Positions 31,997 through 43,349 of a stretch of DNA of 64,000 bases are shown one piece after another. Each line of letters starts with the position of its first letter. Within the stretch, counting starts at the first letter, position 1. The stretch covers positions 67,354 to 131,353 of the forward strand of contig JAFYHG010000008.1 in assembly GCA_017539265.1 (NCBI GenBank), given 5' to 3'. The position numbers and the translations under genes are program-made. Source of the DNA: Alphaproteobacteria bacterium. GTDB lineage: Bacteria; Pseudomonadota; Alphaproteobacteria; CAAHEQ01; UBA3637. The notes below the pieces were generated by a model, which searched no databases, was not told the origin of the DNA, and saw only the letters and a list, made by a program, of their open reading frames with translations.

Positions 31997-33234
31997 TGTA
32001 GTACCCTTCCAAAGCGCCCTTTTTGTTTTTCGGACTTCTTAAAGCGTGGTGCCGCTGCCGGACGAAAAGACATCAACACATACTTTAATAATCCGATGCA
32101 TGTTATAAATGTATACGAATCAAATTGATTTGGCAAGTTTTTTATGATACTTCCCCGCCCTAATCTCACATTTGCATTTAAAACAGACTCTGTTTTCTCT
32201 TTAATTCCCTGTAGTTCCGCGGTTCCTCCGCATAGGACAATTCGTCTGGCCGCCACCATAAAAACTTCCCGTTCCGTCAACAGAGCCCCCACCTGTTCCA
32301 AAATATTTTCCAGTCTCGGCACAATCACTTTAATCAGTTCTGCCCGTGGAACATGTGCATTTGTTTCCGATTCTTCCCCGATTAACGGCACGATTAAGCG
32401 TTCCAATTCGTCCCGCGGCGATAGAAATGCCGCCCCGTTTAACGTCTTTAACCGTTCCGCGGTAGCCAACGAACAACTCATCACCTGCGCAATATCACGG
32501 GTAATGATGGCGCCTCCTTGCGGCACCAATCCCATATGGACAAGCCCTCCGTTCATAAACACGGCAAACGAAGCCGATCCTGCCCCAAAATCCAATACCG
32601 TTACCCCGATACCGTCTTCTTTTTCTTTTTCATTCAGAACCGCCAAAGCCGTTGCATACGGCGTTGCCACTTTTTTATCAATTCCCACATGGCACCGATC
32701 CAATACCGTTACCAAATTTTTCAAATGCGTCTCTGGTATAGTTACCACGTGGACATATGCTTTTAAAACATCCCCGTAAAGACCGCGCGGATCCGGTAAT
32801 CCTTGCTCTTTCCCGACCGTATAACTTAAAGGAATTTTGTGGATAACTTCTTCATCGGCCGGAACGGAAGCAACAATATCATTCACCAAATGCGTCACAT
32901 CTGCCGCCGATACGGGGCGATCTTCTGAAATAGCAATTTCCTTCGATAAATGATGCGATTTCAGGTGCGCCGAAGAAATATTAACCGTTACGCTTTCCAC
33001 CGTATGACCGGATTGTTTTTCAATTTGTGCCAGAACCGATCCGATACACTCGGTCGCTTTATCCAAATCGATAATGGCGCCGGTTCTTATCCCTTTTGAT
33101 TCGGCAAAACCGCTTCCGACAATTTCCGGCGTTCCGTCTGCCAAAATATGCGCCATCAACCCGCAAACTTTAAACGTCCCGATATCCAAAACAGTTACAT
33201 ACGGCTTGACGGAAGAACGAAAAATTGAGATCAT
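31981..33234 (-). CDS. ftsA: Cell division protein FtsA
   Basis: Actin-like ATPase motifs ([28 protein letters not shown]) and its position between ftsQ and ftsZ. Confidence 0.95.
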   Translation of the reverse strand: MISIFRSSVKPYVTVLDIGTFKVCGLMAHILADGTPEIVGSGFAESKGIRTGAIIDLDKATECIGSVLAQIEKQSGHTVESVTVNISSAHLKSHHLSKEIAISEDRPVSAADVTHLVNDIVASVPADEEVIHKIPLSYTVGKEQGLPDPRGLYGDVLKAYVHVVTIPETHLKNLVTVLDRCHVGIDKKVATPYATALAVLNEKEKEDGIGVTVLDFGAGSASFAVFMNGGLVHMGLVPQGGAIITRDIAQVMSCSLATAERLKTLNGAAFLSPRDELERLIVPLIGEESETNAHVPRAELIKVIVPRLENILEQVGALLTEREVFMVAARRIVLCGGTAELQGIKEKTESVLNANVRLGRGSIIKNLPNQFDSYTFITCIGLLKYVLMSFRPAAAPRFKKSEKQKGRFGRVLQWLMK

Positions 33235-34004
33235 TTTTTACCTCCCGTTGTAACAATTAAGCGATCTCCTTCACGCAAATTAACGGAAGTGATATCTTTT
33301 TGAAACAGTTTATCTTCTTGAATACTTTTCTGCAGGCGTTCCAAGGCATTCGCCACATCTTTTTCCGGCAGTTCCACCACCAATCCATCCACGGCATCCA
33401 ACCGTAAATTCCACCGCCTGTTTCCGACACGCACGGCCGATTTTACCCGTTCACGAATAAGGGGATAATTCTTCAAAGTATTCAATAACTCCACCGTATG
33501 CTCAGGCGCATCACCACCGACCACCAAAATTAAGTCCGACAATTTTGTTTTTTCGTCCGGTATCGGGTGCCCTTCTTCATCCAACGGCATATATTTTTTA
33601 TTGTTTTGCCACATAGCAATCGGCGTTTTTTCCATAACCGTAATAACCAAAGACGACGGTAGCTGCCGTTCAATCAAAACAGATTTTATCCACGGCAGCG
33701 CACTGATTTTCTCATGAATTTCCTTTAAATCCACATCAAAAATCGGCATACTCTGACTTAAATTTGTGACTTGATGAATATCTTTAAGTTCCGTTCGAAT
33801 ATGTCCTTTTACTTTCACTTTTTTAAGGACCAACTGCATCTTTTCCATCAAGCCCACATAGGATTCCTGCGCCTCTTTTACCAATCGATTTTTGTATTCC
33901 GACCTATAGAACCACACACCCCCACCGATTAAGGCCAACACAATCAAAAACCATACTTTTGATTTTAAAGAAATCGTTTGCTTTTTCTTTTTTACGCGTC
34001 GCAT
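33231..34004 (-). CDS. ftsQ: Cell division protein FtsQ
   Basis: Single N-terminal TM (VWFLIVLALIGGGVWF) followed by POTRA-like and FtsQ-type domains. Canonical position. Confidence 0.88.
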   Translation of the reverse strand: MRRVKKKKQTISLKSKVWFLIVLALIGGGVWFYRSEYKNRLVKEAQESYVGLMEKMQLVLKKVKVKGHIRTELKDIHQVTNLSQSMPIFDVDLKEIHEKISALPWIKSVLIERQLPSSLVITVMEKTPIAMWQNNKKYMPLDEEGHPIPDEKTKLSDLILVVGGDAPEHTVELLNTLKNYPLIRERVKSAVRVGNRRWNLRLDAVDGLVVELPEKDVANALERLQKSIQEDKLFQKDITSVNLREGDRLIVTTGGKK

Positions 34005-34900
34005 ACTGCTTCCTCCACCAATCGGGATACAATCCGTTCATAGCTCGTTCCCTGACACACCCGCATAATATCCGGCACCAGTGATAAAGCGGTCATTCCC
34101 GGATTTGTGTTAATTTCCAAGAAAACAAGCCTGTTTGCCTCATTCGGATCAAACCTGAAATCACTGCGCGATACACCGCGACATCCCAACATTTTATGGA
34201 TAGTCGCCGCCTGATTTAGGGCTTTTTCATAAACATCGGCCGGAATTGGCGCCGGAATAATATGCTCGGCACCGCCGTCCGAATACTTATTTTTGAAATC
34301 ATAATATCCCGTTTTGGGGGCGATTTCAACCACGCCTATTCCCTGATTATCCCAAACGGCCACCGATAATTCCCGTCCCGCAATATATTCTTCCACCAAC
34401 CGATATTCCCCATCCGGCCAAGCATTCAATGCCGCTTCTTTATCTCCTTCTTCCCGCACAATAAAAACGCCCACGGACGATCCGTTATCATTGGGCTTCA
34501 CCACATAAGGCCTTGGCGGTTCTCGGTTTAAAAATTCTTCTTTTGTCATCAATCCGCCCGCGGCGATATCCAATCCGGCACTTTTGGCCAAAAGCCTTGT
34601 TTTATTTTTATCCATTCCGATACTGGATGCCAACACCCCCGAATGTGTATAGGGTATTTTCATCAAATTCAACAGACCCTGCACACATCCGTCTTCCCCG
34701 TATTTTCCGTGTAAAGCATTAAACACCACATCCGGCCGTTCCCGATTGAGTGTTTCTACAAAATCCGCCACATCTTTTAAGTCGTAAGAGGTTACCTCAT
34801 ACCCCGATTGTTTTAAAGCATCTGCCACTTGATGTCCGCTTAGCAGAGAAATTTCCCGTTCATCTGAAAAACCGCCCATCACAACCAATACTTTTTTCAT
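33992..34900 (-). CDS. ddl: D-alanine--D-alanine ligase
   Basis: MKKVLVVMGGFSDEREISLLSG, HGKYGEDGCVQGLL and ATP-grasp motifs (FLEINTNPGMT). Confidence 0.95.
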   Translation of the reverse strand: MKKVLVVMGGFSDEREISLLSGHQVADALKQSGYEVTSYDLKDVADFVETLNRERPDVVFNALHGKYGEDGCVQGLLNLMKIPYTHSGVLASSIGMDKNKTRLLAKSAGLDIAAGGLMTKEEFLNREPPRPYVVKPNDNGSSVGVFIVREEGDKEAALNAWPDGEYRLVEEYIAGRELSVAVWDNQGIGVVEIAPKTGYYDFKNKYSDGGAEHIIPAPIPADVYEKALNQAATIHKMLGCRGVSRSDFRFDPNEANRLVFLEINTNPGMTALSLVPDIMRVCQGTSYERIVSRLVEEAVCDA

Positions 34901-35829
34901 TTACGAACCCCCAATTTTTTCACTTCCCATTCCAATTTAACCCCTTGCTCGCGATGCACTTTTTCCCGAATTTTTTCGCCCAGCATTTCGATATCATCGG
35001 CCGTAGCCCCTTTATCGTTAATCAGGAAATTAGCATGCTTATCCGACACAACGGCTCCTCCGACGCGTGTTCCTCTCAGCTTTGCCTTATCGATTAATTT
35101 CCAAGCCATCAACCCATCCGGATTTTTAAAGGTTGAACCGGCCGTCCGAACCCCTTGTGGCTGTGTGGATTCACGCTTTTTCTTATATTCGGCCATTTTA
35201 TCCCGAATAACAGAGGCATCTCGCACCCGTTTGCCTTCCAAAACCACTTCCAAAAAGATCCAATCATCCGGCAAATAGCATTTTCTGTATTCAAAAATAT
35301 TCATTTCCTTCGGGTCAATTTCGGAAATATCACCATTTCCCGTCATTGCGGTTAAGGCCACCATCCGATCACTTAAAGATTGCTTAAAGGCTCCCGCATT
35401 CATGCGTACCGCACCGCCAACGGATCCCGGAATTCCCGATAAAAATTCCAACCCCGTAATTTTATGCTTTTCCGCGGTTTTTGCCACTTCCCTCAGGGTT
35501 GCCCCTGCCCCGCACGTCAGCTTGTTTCCCTTCACCCGCACATAGGAAAAGGGCTTTCCCAAGTGGACGGTAATGCCCGGAATTCCGCCATCTAAAATCA
35601 AAACGTTACTCCCCGCTCCCAATACGGTCAACGGTTCATCCGGCAACGTTTTTATCAGGTGCGATAGGTCTGCCGCATCCGCCGGTTCCACATAAATTTC
35701 GGCCGCACCGCCGACACCAAACCAAGTTTTCTTGGCCATAGGTTCATCTTTGGCCACCCGTCCCCTCATTTTCGGTAGCCTATGCATCAGCCGATTTCGA
35801 TGAAAAAAACGTTTAATCAATCCCCACAT
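34897..35829 (-). CDS. murB: UDP-N-acetylenolpyruvoylglucosamine reductase
   Basis: FAD-binding TWFGVGGAAE and LGAGSNVL. C-terminal GSTFKNP and GGAVVSDKHANFLIN. Start overlaps the murC stop (TAATG). Confidence 0.93.
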   Translation of the reverse strand: MWGLIKRFFHRNRLMHRLPKMRGRVAKDEPMAKKTWFGVGGAAEIYVEPADAADLSHLIKTLPDEPLTVLGAGSNVLILDGGIPGITVHLGKPFSYVRVKGNKLTCGAGATLREVAKTAEKHKITGLEFLSGIPGSVGGAVRMNAGAFKQSLSDRMVALTAMTGNGDISEIDPKEMNIFEYRKCYLPDDWIFLEVVLEGKRVRDASVIRDKMAEYKKKRESTQPQGVRTAGSTFKNPDGLMAWKLIDKAKLRGTRVGGAVVSDKHANFLINDKGATADDIEMLGEKIREKVHREQGVKLEWEVKKLGVRK

Positions 35830-37217
35830 TATCTCTTACCTTTCACCAATTCTACCGCCGCACCCGAGATTGATCCCGCCCCCAAACAGACGACAGTATC
35901 ATGACCGACCGCATGCTTCAAAATGGTATCTTTTAATTCTTTTAAATCCGATATAAAATCAACATTTTTATGGGTTAAAGCCAACTCTTTGGCAAATAAA
36001 TCCGCACGCACATCCGGAATCGGTGTCTCCCCGGCCGGATACACCGGGCAAACAATAACGCTGTCGGCTACATCGAAAGCGGTTAAGAAGTCCGCCCACA
36101 AATCTTTCAAACGTGAATACCTATGTGGTTGGAACACGGCAACCAGATGATTTTTTGCCACCGGTTTTAAGGCTTTTAATGTTGCTTTTATCTCAGCCGG
36201 ATGGTGCGCGTAATCGTCATAGATAGCGATATCATTTGTGATTTTTCCGCGTAGAGTCAGACGCCGTTGAATTCCTTGGAACGAAGCCAATGTCTTTTTA
36301 ATCACCCGATCCGAAAAGCCCAAATATGCCCCTACCGCTACCGCCGCCATGGCATTGGCGATATTGTGTTCCCCCATCAGGGATAATTCGACATCTTTAA
36401 TTTTATGAAATTTCGCCCCGCGCCGAATAAAGACATCCAAAACAAATCCCCTCTCCGTCGGCCGAATATGATCGGGATGCACATCTGCCTGCTTATTCAA
36501 CCCATAGGTAATAATTTTTCTGTCCGAAACGGTGGTAATCAACTCCCGCACCACCGGATGATCAAAGCACGCCACGGTACACCCGTAAAAGGCTGTCCGT
36601 TTAATAAAAGTCTGATAGGCATGGCATTCGTTTTCAAAAGTTTTATAGTAATCTAAATGTTCCGGATCAATATTTGTAATAACGGAAATCGTTGTCGGAA
36701 GTCTTAAAAAAGAACCGTCCGATTCGTCGGCTTCCACCACCACCCAGTCTCCTTTTCCCAACTGCGCATTGGATGCCTTGGCATTTAAAATTCCACCGAT
36801 GATGAAACTCGGTTTTTGACCGGCCTCCACCATTAAACTTGCGATTAAAGAAGACGTTGTTGTTTTCCCGTGTGTTCCGGACACACAAATACTTTGTTTA
36901 TATTTTAAAATTTCCGCCAGCATTTCCGACCGGTGTCCAACCGGTAGTCCCCGTCGCCGCGCTTCTACCAATTCGGGATTATCGGGTTTAATGGCACTTG
37001 AAATAACAACTGCATCCGCCCCATCCAAATGCCCTGTATCATGCCCGATAAAGAGGGGAATTCCCTGTTCGGAAATCCGCTCCGTATTGGCATTTTTCAC
37101 ATTATTCGATCCCTGTACGGTAATACCGATATCGTGTAGCATTTCGGCAATGGCACTCATGCCGATTCCCCCGATTCCGATAAAGTGAATTTTTTTCAGC
37201 GGCAACGGTAGCTTCAT
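35829..37217 (-). CDS. murC: UDP-N-acetylmuramate--L-alanine ligase
   Basis: Start moved to MKLPLPLKKIHFIGIGGIGMS, downstream of the murG stop at 37231. Motifs GTHGKTTT and DDYAHHP. Confidence 0.95.
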   Translation of the reverse strand: MKLPLPLKKIHFIGIGGIGMSAIAEMLHDIGITVQGSNNVKNANTERISEQGIPLFIGHDTGHLDGADAVVISSAIKPDNPELVEARRRGLPVGHRSEMLAEILKYKQSICVSGTHGKTTTSSLIASLMVEAGQKPSFIIGGILNAKASNAQLGKGDWVVVEADESDGSFLRLPTTISVITNIDPEHLDYYKTFENECHAYQTFIKRTAFYGCTVACFDHPVVRELITTVSDRKIITYGLNKQADVHPDHIRPTERGFVLDVFIRRGAKFHKIKDVELSLMGEHNIANAMAAVAVGAYLGFSDRVIKKTLASFQGIQRRLTLRGKITNDIAIYDDYAHHPAEIKATLKALKPVAKNHLVAVFQPHRYSRLKDLWADFLTAFDVADSVIVCPVYPAGETPIPDVRADLFAKELALTHKNVDFISDLKELKDTILKHAVGHDTVVCLGAGSISGAAVELVKGKR

Positions 37218-37230
37218 GTCGGGTTTCCCT

Positions 37231-38322
37231 TCACAACATCCAGTATTGCCTCGGCCATCTTTTCGGCCGCTTTTCCGGATAGTGTGCCGCCGCATGTTCG
37301 GCTGCCTCGGCTAACATTTCCGGCGAATCAATCAATTGCGACAGGCGTTTTGAAAATGCTTCCGGCTCAAAATCTTTCTCCAGAACAAGCCACCCTGCCC
37401 CTGTATCACAAAAGATTCGGGCATTTTCGGCCTGATGGTTATCCGCCGCCGTCGGCAAAGGCACAATAATGGCCGGCCGGCCGACCGCCATCAATTCCGT
37501 TAACGTTCCGGCCCCACCACGTCCGATAACCAAATGCGCTTTTTTCAATTGCTCGGGCATATCTGTGAAAAAGGATTTTAACGTCACTTTTTTAAATCCC
37601 GCGTCATCATAAAACTTATGCGCCGCTTCCATATCTTCGGGACGCACCTGTTGCACCAACTCTATTTCGGCGCGTTGTTTTTCGGGTAGTGCCAATAGGG
37701 CTTCCGGTAATTTTTGACTAAAGAATCGTGCCCCCTGACTGCCTCCAAAAATAAACAGATGAAAACCTCCCTTTACTTTTGGATACGGTGCATTTCTGCA
37801 CATCAGGACCGCCGGCCGCACCGGCAACCCCACCTGAATTTGCGGAACATTTTCTGGCACCCGCAGCGTCGGTGCAAAAGATGTTCCGATTAATTTTGTT
37901 CCTTTCGCCAACAACCGGTTTGCCCGCCCTAAGACGGCATTTTGCTCGTGTAAAATCACCGGCACCAATCGCGTCAAATGAGCCGCCATCACGGCGGGAA
38001 TAGAGGCATATCCCCCAACCCCCACAACGGCATTCGGTTTTAACTTATACATATAATACACGGCTTGAACGGTCCCGATATATAGCTTAACGGCCGCCCA
38101 TATTTTTCCAAATATAGACCGCCCCGTCACCGATTCGGCCATCAATCGATACACCGGCACATTTTTCATACCTTGAAAAGCCGACCCGCGCTTATCCGTA
38201 ATAAAGACAACATCTGCCCCCCGATCCACCAAAGCCGAAGCGATGGCCTCCGCCGGAAAAATATGACCGCCGCTACCACCCGTTGTAACGATAACTAAAG
38301 GTTTTTTATCTTGTTTTTTCAT
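37231..38322 (-). CDS. murG: Undecaprenyl-PP-MurNAc-pentapeptide GlcNAc transferase
   Basis: TTGGSGGHIFPA N-terminal motif, GGSQGA, and C-terminal GRGGAGTLTEL. Confidence 0.95.
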   Translation of the reverse strand: MKKQDKKPLVIVTTGGSGGHIFPAEAIASALVDRGADVVFITDKRGSAFQGMKNVPVYRLMAESVTGRSIFGKIWAAVKLYIGTVQAVYYMYKLKPNAVVGVGGYASIPAVMAAHLTRLVPVILHEQNAVLGRANRLLAKGTKLIGTSFAPTLRVPENVPQIQVGLPVRPAVLMCRNAPYPKVKGGFHLFIFGGSQGARFFSQKLPEALLALPEKQRAEIELVQQVRPEDMEAAHKFYDDAGFKKVTLKSFFTDMPEQLKKAHLVIGRGGAGTLTELMAVGRPAIIVPLPTAADNHQAENARIFCDTGAGWLVLEKDFEPEAFSKRLSQLIDSPEMLAEAAEHAAAHYPEKRPKRWPRQYWML

Positions 38323-39449
38323 TATTCCAATCCTCTGCTCAACGTTCGACTATGAATCAGCCCCAGAATAAATCCGAATGCCAATCCCATCGACACCAAA
38401 GACGAACCGCCATACGAAATAAATGGCAGAGTCATCCCCTTTGTCGGTATCATGTTTAAGGTCGAACCCATGTTTACAATAACCTGAAAAGCAATCTGTG
38501 TCAATAATCCCGCGACTGCAATTTGGCAAAAATAATTATTTTCTTTGCGAACCATCCAAAATCCGCGCAAAATTACAACGGCAAACACCAAAATCAAAAT
38601 GGCAGTCATGATAAATCCGAATTCTTCCGCCGACACGGCCAAAATAAAGTCCGTATGCGCATCGGGCAGTTCATATTTCACAATTCCTTCTCCCGGTCCT
38701 TTACCGAACCACCCCGCGTTTTGAAGTGTTTCCAATGATTTTTCCACCTGATAAGTCTTCCCCTCTTCAAATCCCAAAAAGTGGTCCAACCGATACCGCA
38801 CGTGATCTAGTGTCATGTATGCTATCGGTAAGATTCCCGCCCCTGCGATTAAAAGTCCTGAAATCAAAACCCAAGAAATACCCGACAGAAACAACTGTAC
38901 CCCGAAAATCGCCGTAATCGTCAGGAACATACCGAAATCCGGTTGCCGTATCAATAAAAAGCCGATCATTCCATATAGGATAAACGCAATCATGTACCCT
39001 GGAAATTTTTTAATCAACCTGCCCGAGGCCAACAACCACGCACACACCACCGCAAATACAGGCTTTACAAACTCAGACGGCTGTAACCCCACGGGACCGA
39101 TGTTAATCCATCTGGCCGCCCCTTTTGTTTTTCCCACAAACAGTAAGATATAAATCATACATATAATCCCGCCGATTAAGATAACACCCGACAACTGACG
39201 AATGCGTTTAACCGGCATCATTGCCACGCCCAACATAACCACCAACGTCGGTATCACCCAAATCGCTTGCCGAATGACAAAGTGATATAAATTCGGCATA
39301 TGCGTGCGTTCTGCCACGGCGGGACTGGCCGCCAGGGTTAAGAAAAATCCGCACACCATTAGGATAAACGCCCCATACAGGATTGTTTTATCTAATCCCC
39401 TATATTGACTAATCAAATTCGACTTGATTTTTTTCAGGAACGGGAACAT
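38322..39449 (-). CDS. ftsW: Peptidoglycan glycosyltransferase / cell division protein FtsW (SEDS family)
   Basis: Start moved to MFPFLKKIKSN, 2 nt after the mraY stop. Polytopic membrane protein with SEDS motifs (QPSEFVKP, TDFILAV, GMTLPFISYGGSS). Confidence 0.92.
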   Translation of the reverse strand: MFPFLKKIKSNLISQYRGLDKTILYGAFILMVCGFFLTLAASPAVAERTHMPNLYHFVIRQAIWVIPTLVVMLGVAMMPVKRIRQLSGVILIGGIICMIYILLFVGKTKGAARWINIGPVGLQPSEFVKPVFAVVCAWLLASGRLIKKFPGYMIAFILYGMIGFLLIRQPDFGMFLTITAIFGVQLFLSGISWVLISGLLIAGAGILPIAYMTLDHVRYRLDHFLGFEEGKTYQVEKSLETLQNAGWFGKGPGEGIVKYELPDAHTDFILAVSAEEFGFIMTAILILVFAVVILRGFWMVRKENNYFCQIAVAGLLTQIAFQVIVNMGSTLNMIPTKGMTLPFISYGGSSLVSMGLAFGFILGLIHSRTLSRGLE

Positions 39450-39451
39450 TT

Positions 39452-40534
39452 TTACCTCAATTTCAAAGTCGCCAACGCAAACAATGCCAATAAAATAGAC
39501 ACAATCCAGAACCGCACCACCACCGTGGTTTCCGACCACCCTTTCTTTTCAAAGTGGTGATGAATGGGCGCCATTAAAAAGACGCGTTTATGCCTTAATT
39601 TAAAAGATCCCACTTGAATAATGTCCGATAAGGCTTCTATCACAAAAATTCCGCCCGATATGGCTAATACAATTTCATGCTTGGTCGCAACTGCCAAAGC
39701 TCCCAACGCCCCTCCCAGCGCCAACGATCCCGTATCTCCCATAAAAACTTGGGCCGGATGGGCATTATACCATAAAAAGCCAAGCGTTCCCCCAATCAAT
39801 GCCCCACATAAAACGGTTAGTTCCCCCGCCCCGTGCACATGATAGATTTGCAGGTATTCCGCATAATCTCCCCGTCCCGCAACATAGGCAATAACGGCAA
39901 AGACCAAAGTCGACATAATCACGGGTATACTCACCAATCCGTCCAATCCGTCTGTTAAATTGACGGCATTGGCCGTTCCCACAATTACCACTAAAACAAA
40001 GGGGATATAGAACCACCCCAAATCCAATAAAATATCCTTAAAAAACGGAATTGTCAAAGTTGTCGCCATTGATCCGTTTTCCATACAAATCATTGCCATA
40101 CAGGCGGCGAAACTGAACCCAAACTCAATCCCCAACCTTTTCTTGCCCGAAATACCGGCCGAATTATGTTTTGTTAATTTTAGGTAATCATCAACAAATC
40201 CGATAGCCCCAAAACCGACAAAGACTGCCAAAATCACCCACACATATGCATTTACCGGATTTGCCCACAAAAGCGTTGCCAACACACCCGCCACAACGAT
40301 TAAAAGTCCACCCATTGTCGGCGTTCCTTTTTTTGCCAAATGCGATGCCGGTCCGTCATCCCGAATAGGTTGACCTTCGCCCTGCTTAGATTTCAACCAC
40401 CGAATAAACCGCGGTCCACCCAATAAAACAATTAGGAACGCGGTTATCAATGCCCCTCCCGTCCGAAACGTCAGGTATTGAAACACATTCAACGCGTGCC
40501 AATTTTCTTTTAATAAACTCAACCAATAAAGCAT
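39452..40534 (-). CDS. mraY: Phospho-N-acetylmuramoyl-pentapeptide transferase
   Basis: [33 protein letters not shown] and APIHHHFE motifs. Confidence 0.96.
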   Translation of the reverse strand: MLYWLSLLKENWHALNVFQYLTFRTGGALITAFLIVLLGGPRFIRWLKSKQGEGQPIRDDGPASHLAKKGTPTMGGLLIVVAGVLATLLWANPVNAYVWVILAVFVGFGAIGFVDDYLKLTKHNSAGISGKKRLGIEFGFSFAACMAMICMENGSMATTLTIPFFKDILLDLGWFYIPFVLVVIVGTANAVNLTDGLDGLVSIPVIMSTLVFAVIAYVAGRGDYAEYLQIYHVHGAGELTVLCGALIGGTLGFLWYNAHPAQVFMGDTGSLALGGALGALAVATKHEIVLAISGGIFVIEALSDIIQVGSFKLRHKRVFLMAPIHHHFEKKGWSETTVVVRFWIVSILLALFALATLKLR

Positions 40535-40535
40535 T

Positions 40536-43349
40536 TTATTTTCCTTTCAATTCTCGAATAATTATCCCAAGTCCCGTTCCGTGTGAAGCTTTCACCAAAA
40601 CGACATCTCCATTTAACAATTCCCGCTTTAAAATCGGAACCATTTCTACCGCTGTCGGGGTAATAGCCCCCTTTAAATCCGGTGGCAATTTATTCCAAAG
40701 GGCCTGCATCAACGACCCTACCAAATAAACTTTTTCGATTCCGCTTTGGACAAGTACCTCTCTCAATCCCGCATGCATACTTTCGGCCAAATCCCCTAAT
40801 TCCAGCATATCGCCCAATACCGCTACTTTGCGCTTTGCGGGTCGTAGCCCCAAGGCCTCAATCGACGCCCGCATCGATGACGGATTGGCATTATAGGCAT
40901 CATCAATTATGGTTATGGTTTTATCCTGAATTTTTACTTCAATACTCAATCCCCGTCCCTCTGCCGGCAGCATTTTTTTGAGCGCCTCAATGGCTTTAGG
41001 GATATTTCCACCGACGGCTTCCACCACCGCCAACGCACCCAAGGCATCTTCGGCAAAATGCTTTCCCCAAAAAGCCAATCGGAAATCATATTGTTTTTCG
41101 CCATGCGTACACTTAACCATCATACCTGTTTCAGTCGGTTCCGCCTGGTTTAGACACCAATCCGCCTTGGCATTTTCCCCAAAGGAAACTAGATGCTGTA
41201 TTCCTTGTGCCTCGGCTGCCTGTTTTAAGAAATCATAAAATTTATCCGTTCGTTTCAGAACCGCCGTCCCCTGCCTGTTTTGACAATCAAAGATTTCGGA
41301 TTTAGCCCGCGCTACATCCTGCTCGGTCGGGAAAAATTCCCGATGCGCCGCCCCGATAGAGGTAATAATCGTTACATCCGGTCGCACCAAATTGGATAAG
41401 TGCATCAATTCACCGGCATGGTTCATCCCCATTTCCACAACGGCATAGCGTGTTTCATCCGGCATTGTCGCCAACGTCAACGGCACACCGATTTGATTGT
41501 TGAAATTTCCTTGGGTGGCGTGGGTTATTCCTTGCCCGGACAAACAAGCCTTTATCATCTCTTTCGTGGTTGTTTTTCCCGAAGATCCCGTAACACCTAT
41601 GATTACCGCATCACATCGCATCCGCCGGTATCTGGCCAAAGTCTCCAATGCCTCCATGGTATTTGATACCACGATTTGTTTATCCGCCGGCACACCATCC
41701 ACCAAATGCGCAACCAAACACACCGCAGCTCCTAACTCAACGGCTTTTTTCACGTAGGCATGCCCGTCTGCTTTTTCCCCGTTCAGAGCAATAAACAAAT
41801 CCCCCAATTTCAACGTTCTTGTGTCAATCGACAGGCCATAGGCCGCAATTCGCCGCGGCACTTTGACCGACAGGGCCAAAGTCAAATCTTCCGCCGACCA
41901 AACCGGCTTTTGTGTTTCGTTCAATAGGGCCAATTTTGCTTCCACCCTGTCGTCCATGGCAAAAGTAATTCCTTTGATCGTTTGCCCCGCTTCATGCCCT
42001 TTCCCGAGTATGGCTAGGACATCTCCTTCCTTCAGGTTATGTATGGCTTCATGAATGGCAATTTCCCGATTATCGTATTCATTGGCCGCCGGACAAGCTT
42101 CCAAAATCGCCCGCCGAATATCCGCCGGGTTTTCGCTTCTGGGATTATCATCCGTCACATAAACCACATCGGCATATTTCGCCGCTGCCGCCCCCATTAA
42201 GGGGCGCTTTAACTTATCCCGATCACCCCCACATCCCATCAGGCATACCAACTTTCCTTGCGTATGCTCTTTTAAAGAAATCAAAACCCGTTCCACCGCA
42301 TCAGGCGTATGGGCATAATCCACAAAAACTTGTGCTCCGTTCGGTAAACTACCCATCAATTCTATCCGCCCTGCCGGCGCTTTTAATTTTTCCAACAACG
42401 GAATCAATTCTTCTATTTTGGCACCGGCCCCTACGCACAGGCCCAACGCCGCAAACAAATTCATGACCTGAAAATCCCCCACAATTCGGATTTTAAGGGT
42501 ATACTGTTTTCCAAAAACCTCAAAAGTAATCTCCTGACCGTCCGTACACGGTTTTTGGATTTTCAATTTTAATTCTTGTCCGTTTTTGCCATAGGATATG
42601 ACCCGCTCGCCACACGCTTCGGCTGTTTTCTTAAGCCGTTCAAACTCCGGCACATCGGCATTTAAAACGGCCACTCCGCCTTTTGTCCCATATTCCGAAA
42701 ACAGTTTCTCCTTTGCGGTCAAATAGGCTTCCATTGTCCGATGATAGTCCAAATGATCCTGCGTCAGGTTGGTAAAAGCCCCCGCCGCAAAGGCCAATCC
42801 CTTTAGCCGACCTTGATCCAAGCCATGACTGGATGCTTCCATGGCCACCACACGCACGCCTTCCTTTTCCAAATCATGAAGCACTTTATTTAAGGTTACC
42901 GCATCGGGTGTTGTCATACTGCCGCCCCGATGTTGATCCCCCATATCCACTCCGATAGTTCCCAAACTGGCTGCTTTTATCCCGACGGCATTTAATAATT
43001 GTTGCACATAAAATACGGTTGATGTTTTTCCGTTCGTCCCCGTCACCGCCACTTTAATCAAGTCCTTTGACGGATACATCAGGCTTGATAAAACAGATAC
43101 TTTTTGTCTTAATTCCGGCACAACAATCACAGGTACATTTGCTTCCACTCCATGTTCGGCCAATACCAAAGCCGCCCCGTTTTGAACAGCCTCAGGCACA
43201 AAATCGGCTCCATCTTTTTGTGTTCCTTTTAAGGCTACAAAAATGAATCCCTTTTTTACTTCATCGGCCTTTAAGGCTATACCCGTCACTTCCGGCAAGG
43301 TCCCAACTACTTCAATTCCCGATAATTTTAATAATTCTGCCGTATTCAT
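40536..43349 (-). CDS. murE-murF: Fused MurE (meso-DAP-adding ligase) and MurF (D-Ala-D-Ala-adding ligase), single 937-aa polypeptide
   Basis: The N-terminal half has [10 protein letters not shown] and the DAP-specific DNPR motif ([11 protein letters not shown]). After about aa 490 a second complete Mur ligase begins ([47 protein letters not shown]). There is no stop or frame change between the halves. Confidence 0.9.
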   Translation of the reverse strand: MNTAELLKLSGIEVVGTLPEVTGIALKADEVKKGFIFVALKGTQKDGADFVPEAVQNGAALVLAEHGVEANVPVIVVPELRQKVSVLSSLMYPSKDLIKVAVTGTNGKTSTVFYVQQLLNAVGIKAASLGTIGVDMGDQHRGGSMTTPDAVTLNKVLHDLEKEGVRVVAMEASSHGLDQGRLKGLAFAAGAFTNLTQDHLDYHRTMEAYLTAKEKLFSEYGTKGGVAVLNADVPEFERLKKTAEACGERVISYGKNGQELKLKIQKPCTDGQEITFEVFGKQYTLKIRIVGDFQVMNLFAALGLCVGAGAKIEELIPLLEKLKAPAGRIELMGSLPNGAQVFVDYAHTPDAVERVLISLKEHTQGKLVCLMGCGGDRDKLKRPLMGAAAAKYADVVYVTDDNPRSENPADIRRAILEACPAANEYDNREIAIHEAIHNLKEGDVLAILGKGHEAGQTIKGITFAMDDRVEAKLALLNETQKPVWSAEDLTLALSVKVPRRIAAYGLSIDTRTLKLGDLFIALNGEKADGHAYVKKAVELGAAVCLVAHLVDGVPADKQIVVSNTMEALETLARYRRMRCDAVIIGVTGSSGKTTTKEMIKACLSGQGITHATQGNFNNQIGVPLTLATMPDETRYAVVEMGMNHAGELMHLSNLVRPDVTIITSIGAAHREFFPTEQDVARAKSEIFDCQNRQGTAVLKRTDKFYDFLKQAAEAQGIQHLVSFGENAKADWCLNQAEPTETGMMVKCTHGEKQYDFRLAFWGKHFAEDALGALAVVEAVGGNIPKAIEALKKMLPAEGRGLSIEVKIQDKTITIIDDAYNANPSSMRASIEALGLRPAKRKVAVLGDMLELGDLAESMHAGLREVLVQSGIEKVYLVGSLMQALWNKLPPDLKGAITPTAVEMVPILKRELLNGDVVLVKASHGTGLGIIIRELKGK

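Noticed and set aside
30690-32779. 252-aa and 211-aa plus-strand ORFs antisense to ftsZ and ftsA.
   Set aside because: They are Ser/Gly/Thr-rich low-complexity translations opposite two unmistakable conserved genes.
37218-37295. N-terminal extensions suggested by the ORF track for murC. The same pattern occurs for ftsW (39450-39539), cdnL (29002-29169), the 544-aa hypothetical (48067-48126), mazF (49891-49950) and the DUF2059-like gene (50813-50845).
   Set aside because: The extensions overlap the upstream gene or A/T-rich promoter DNA and read as non-protein-like sequence. Internal ATGs with proper RBSs give the canonical family N-termini.
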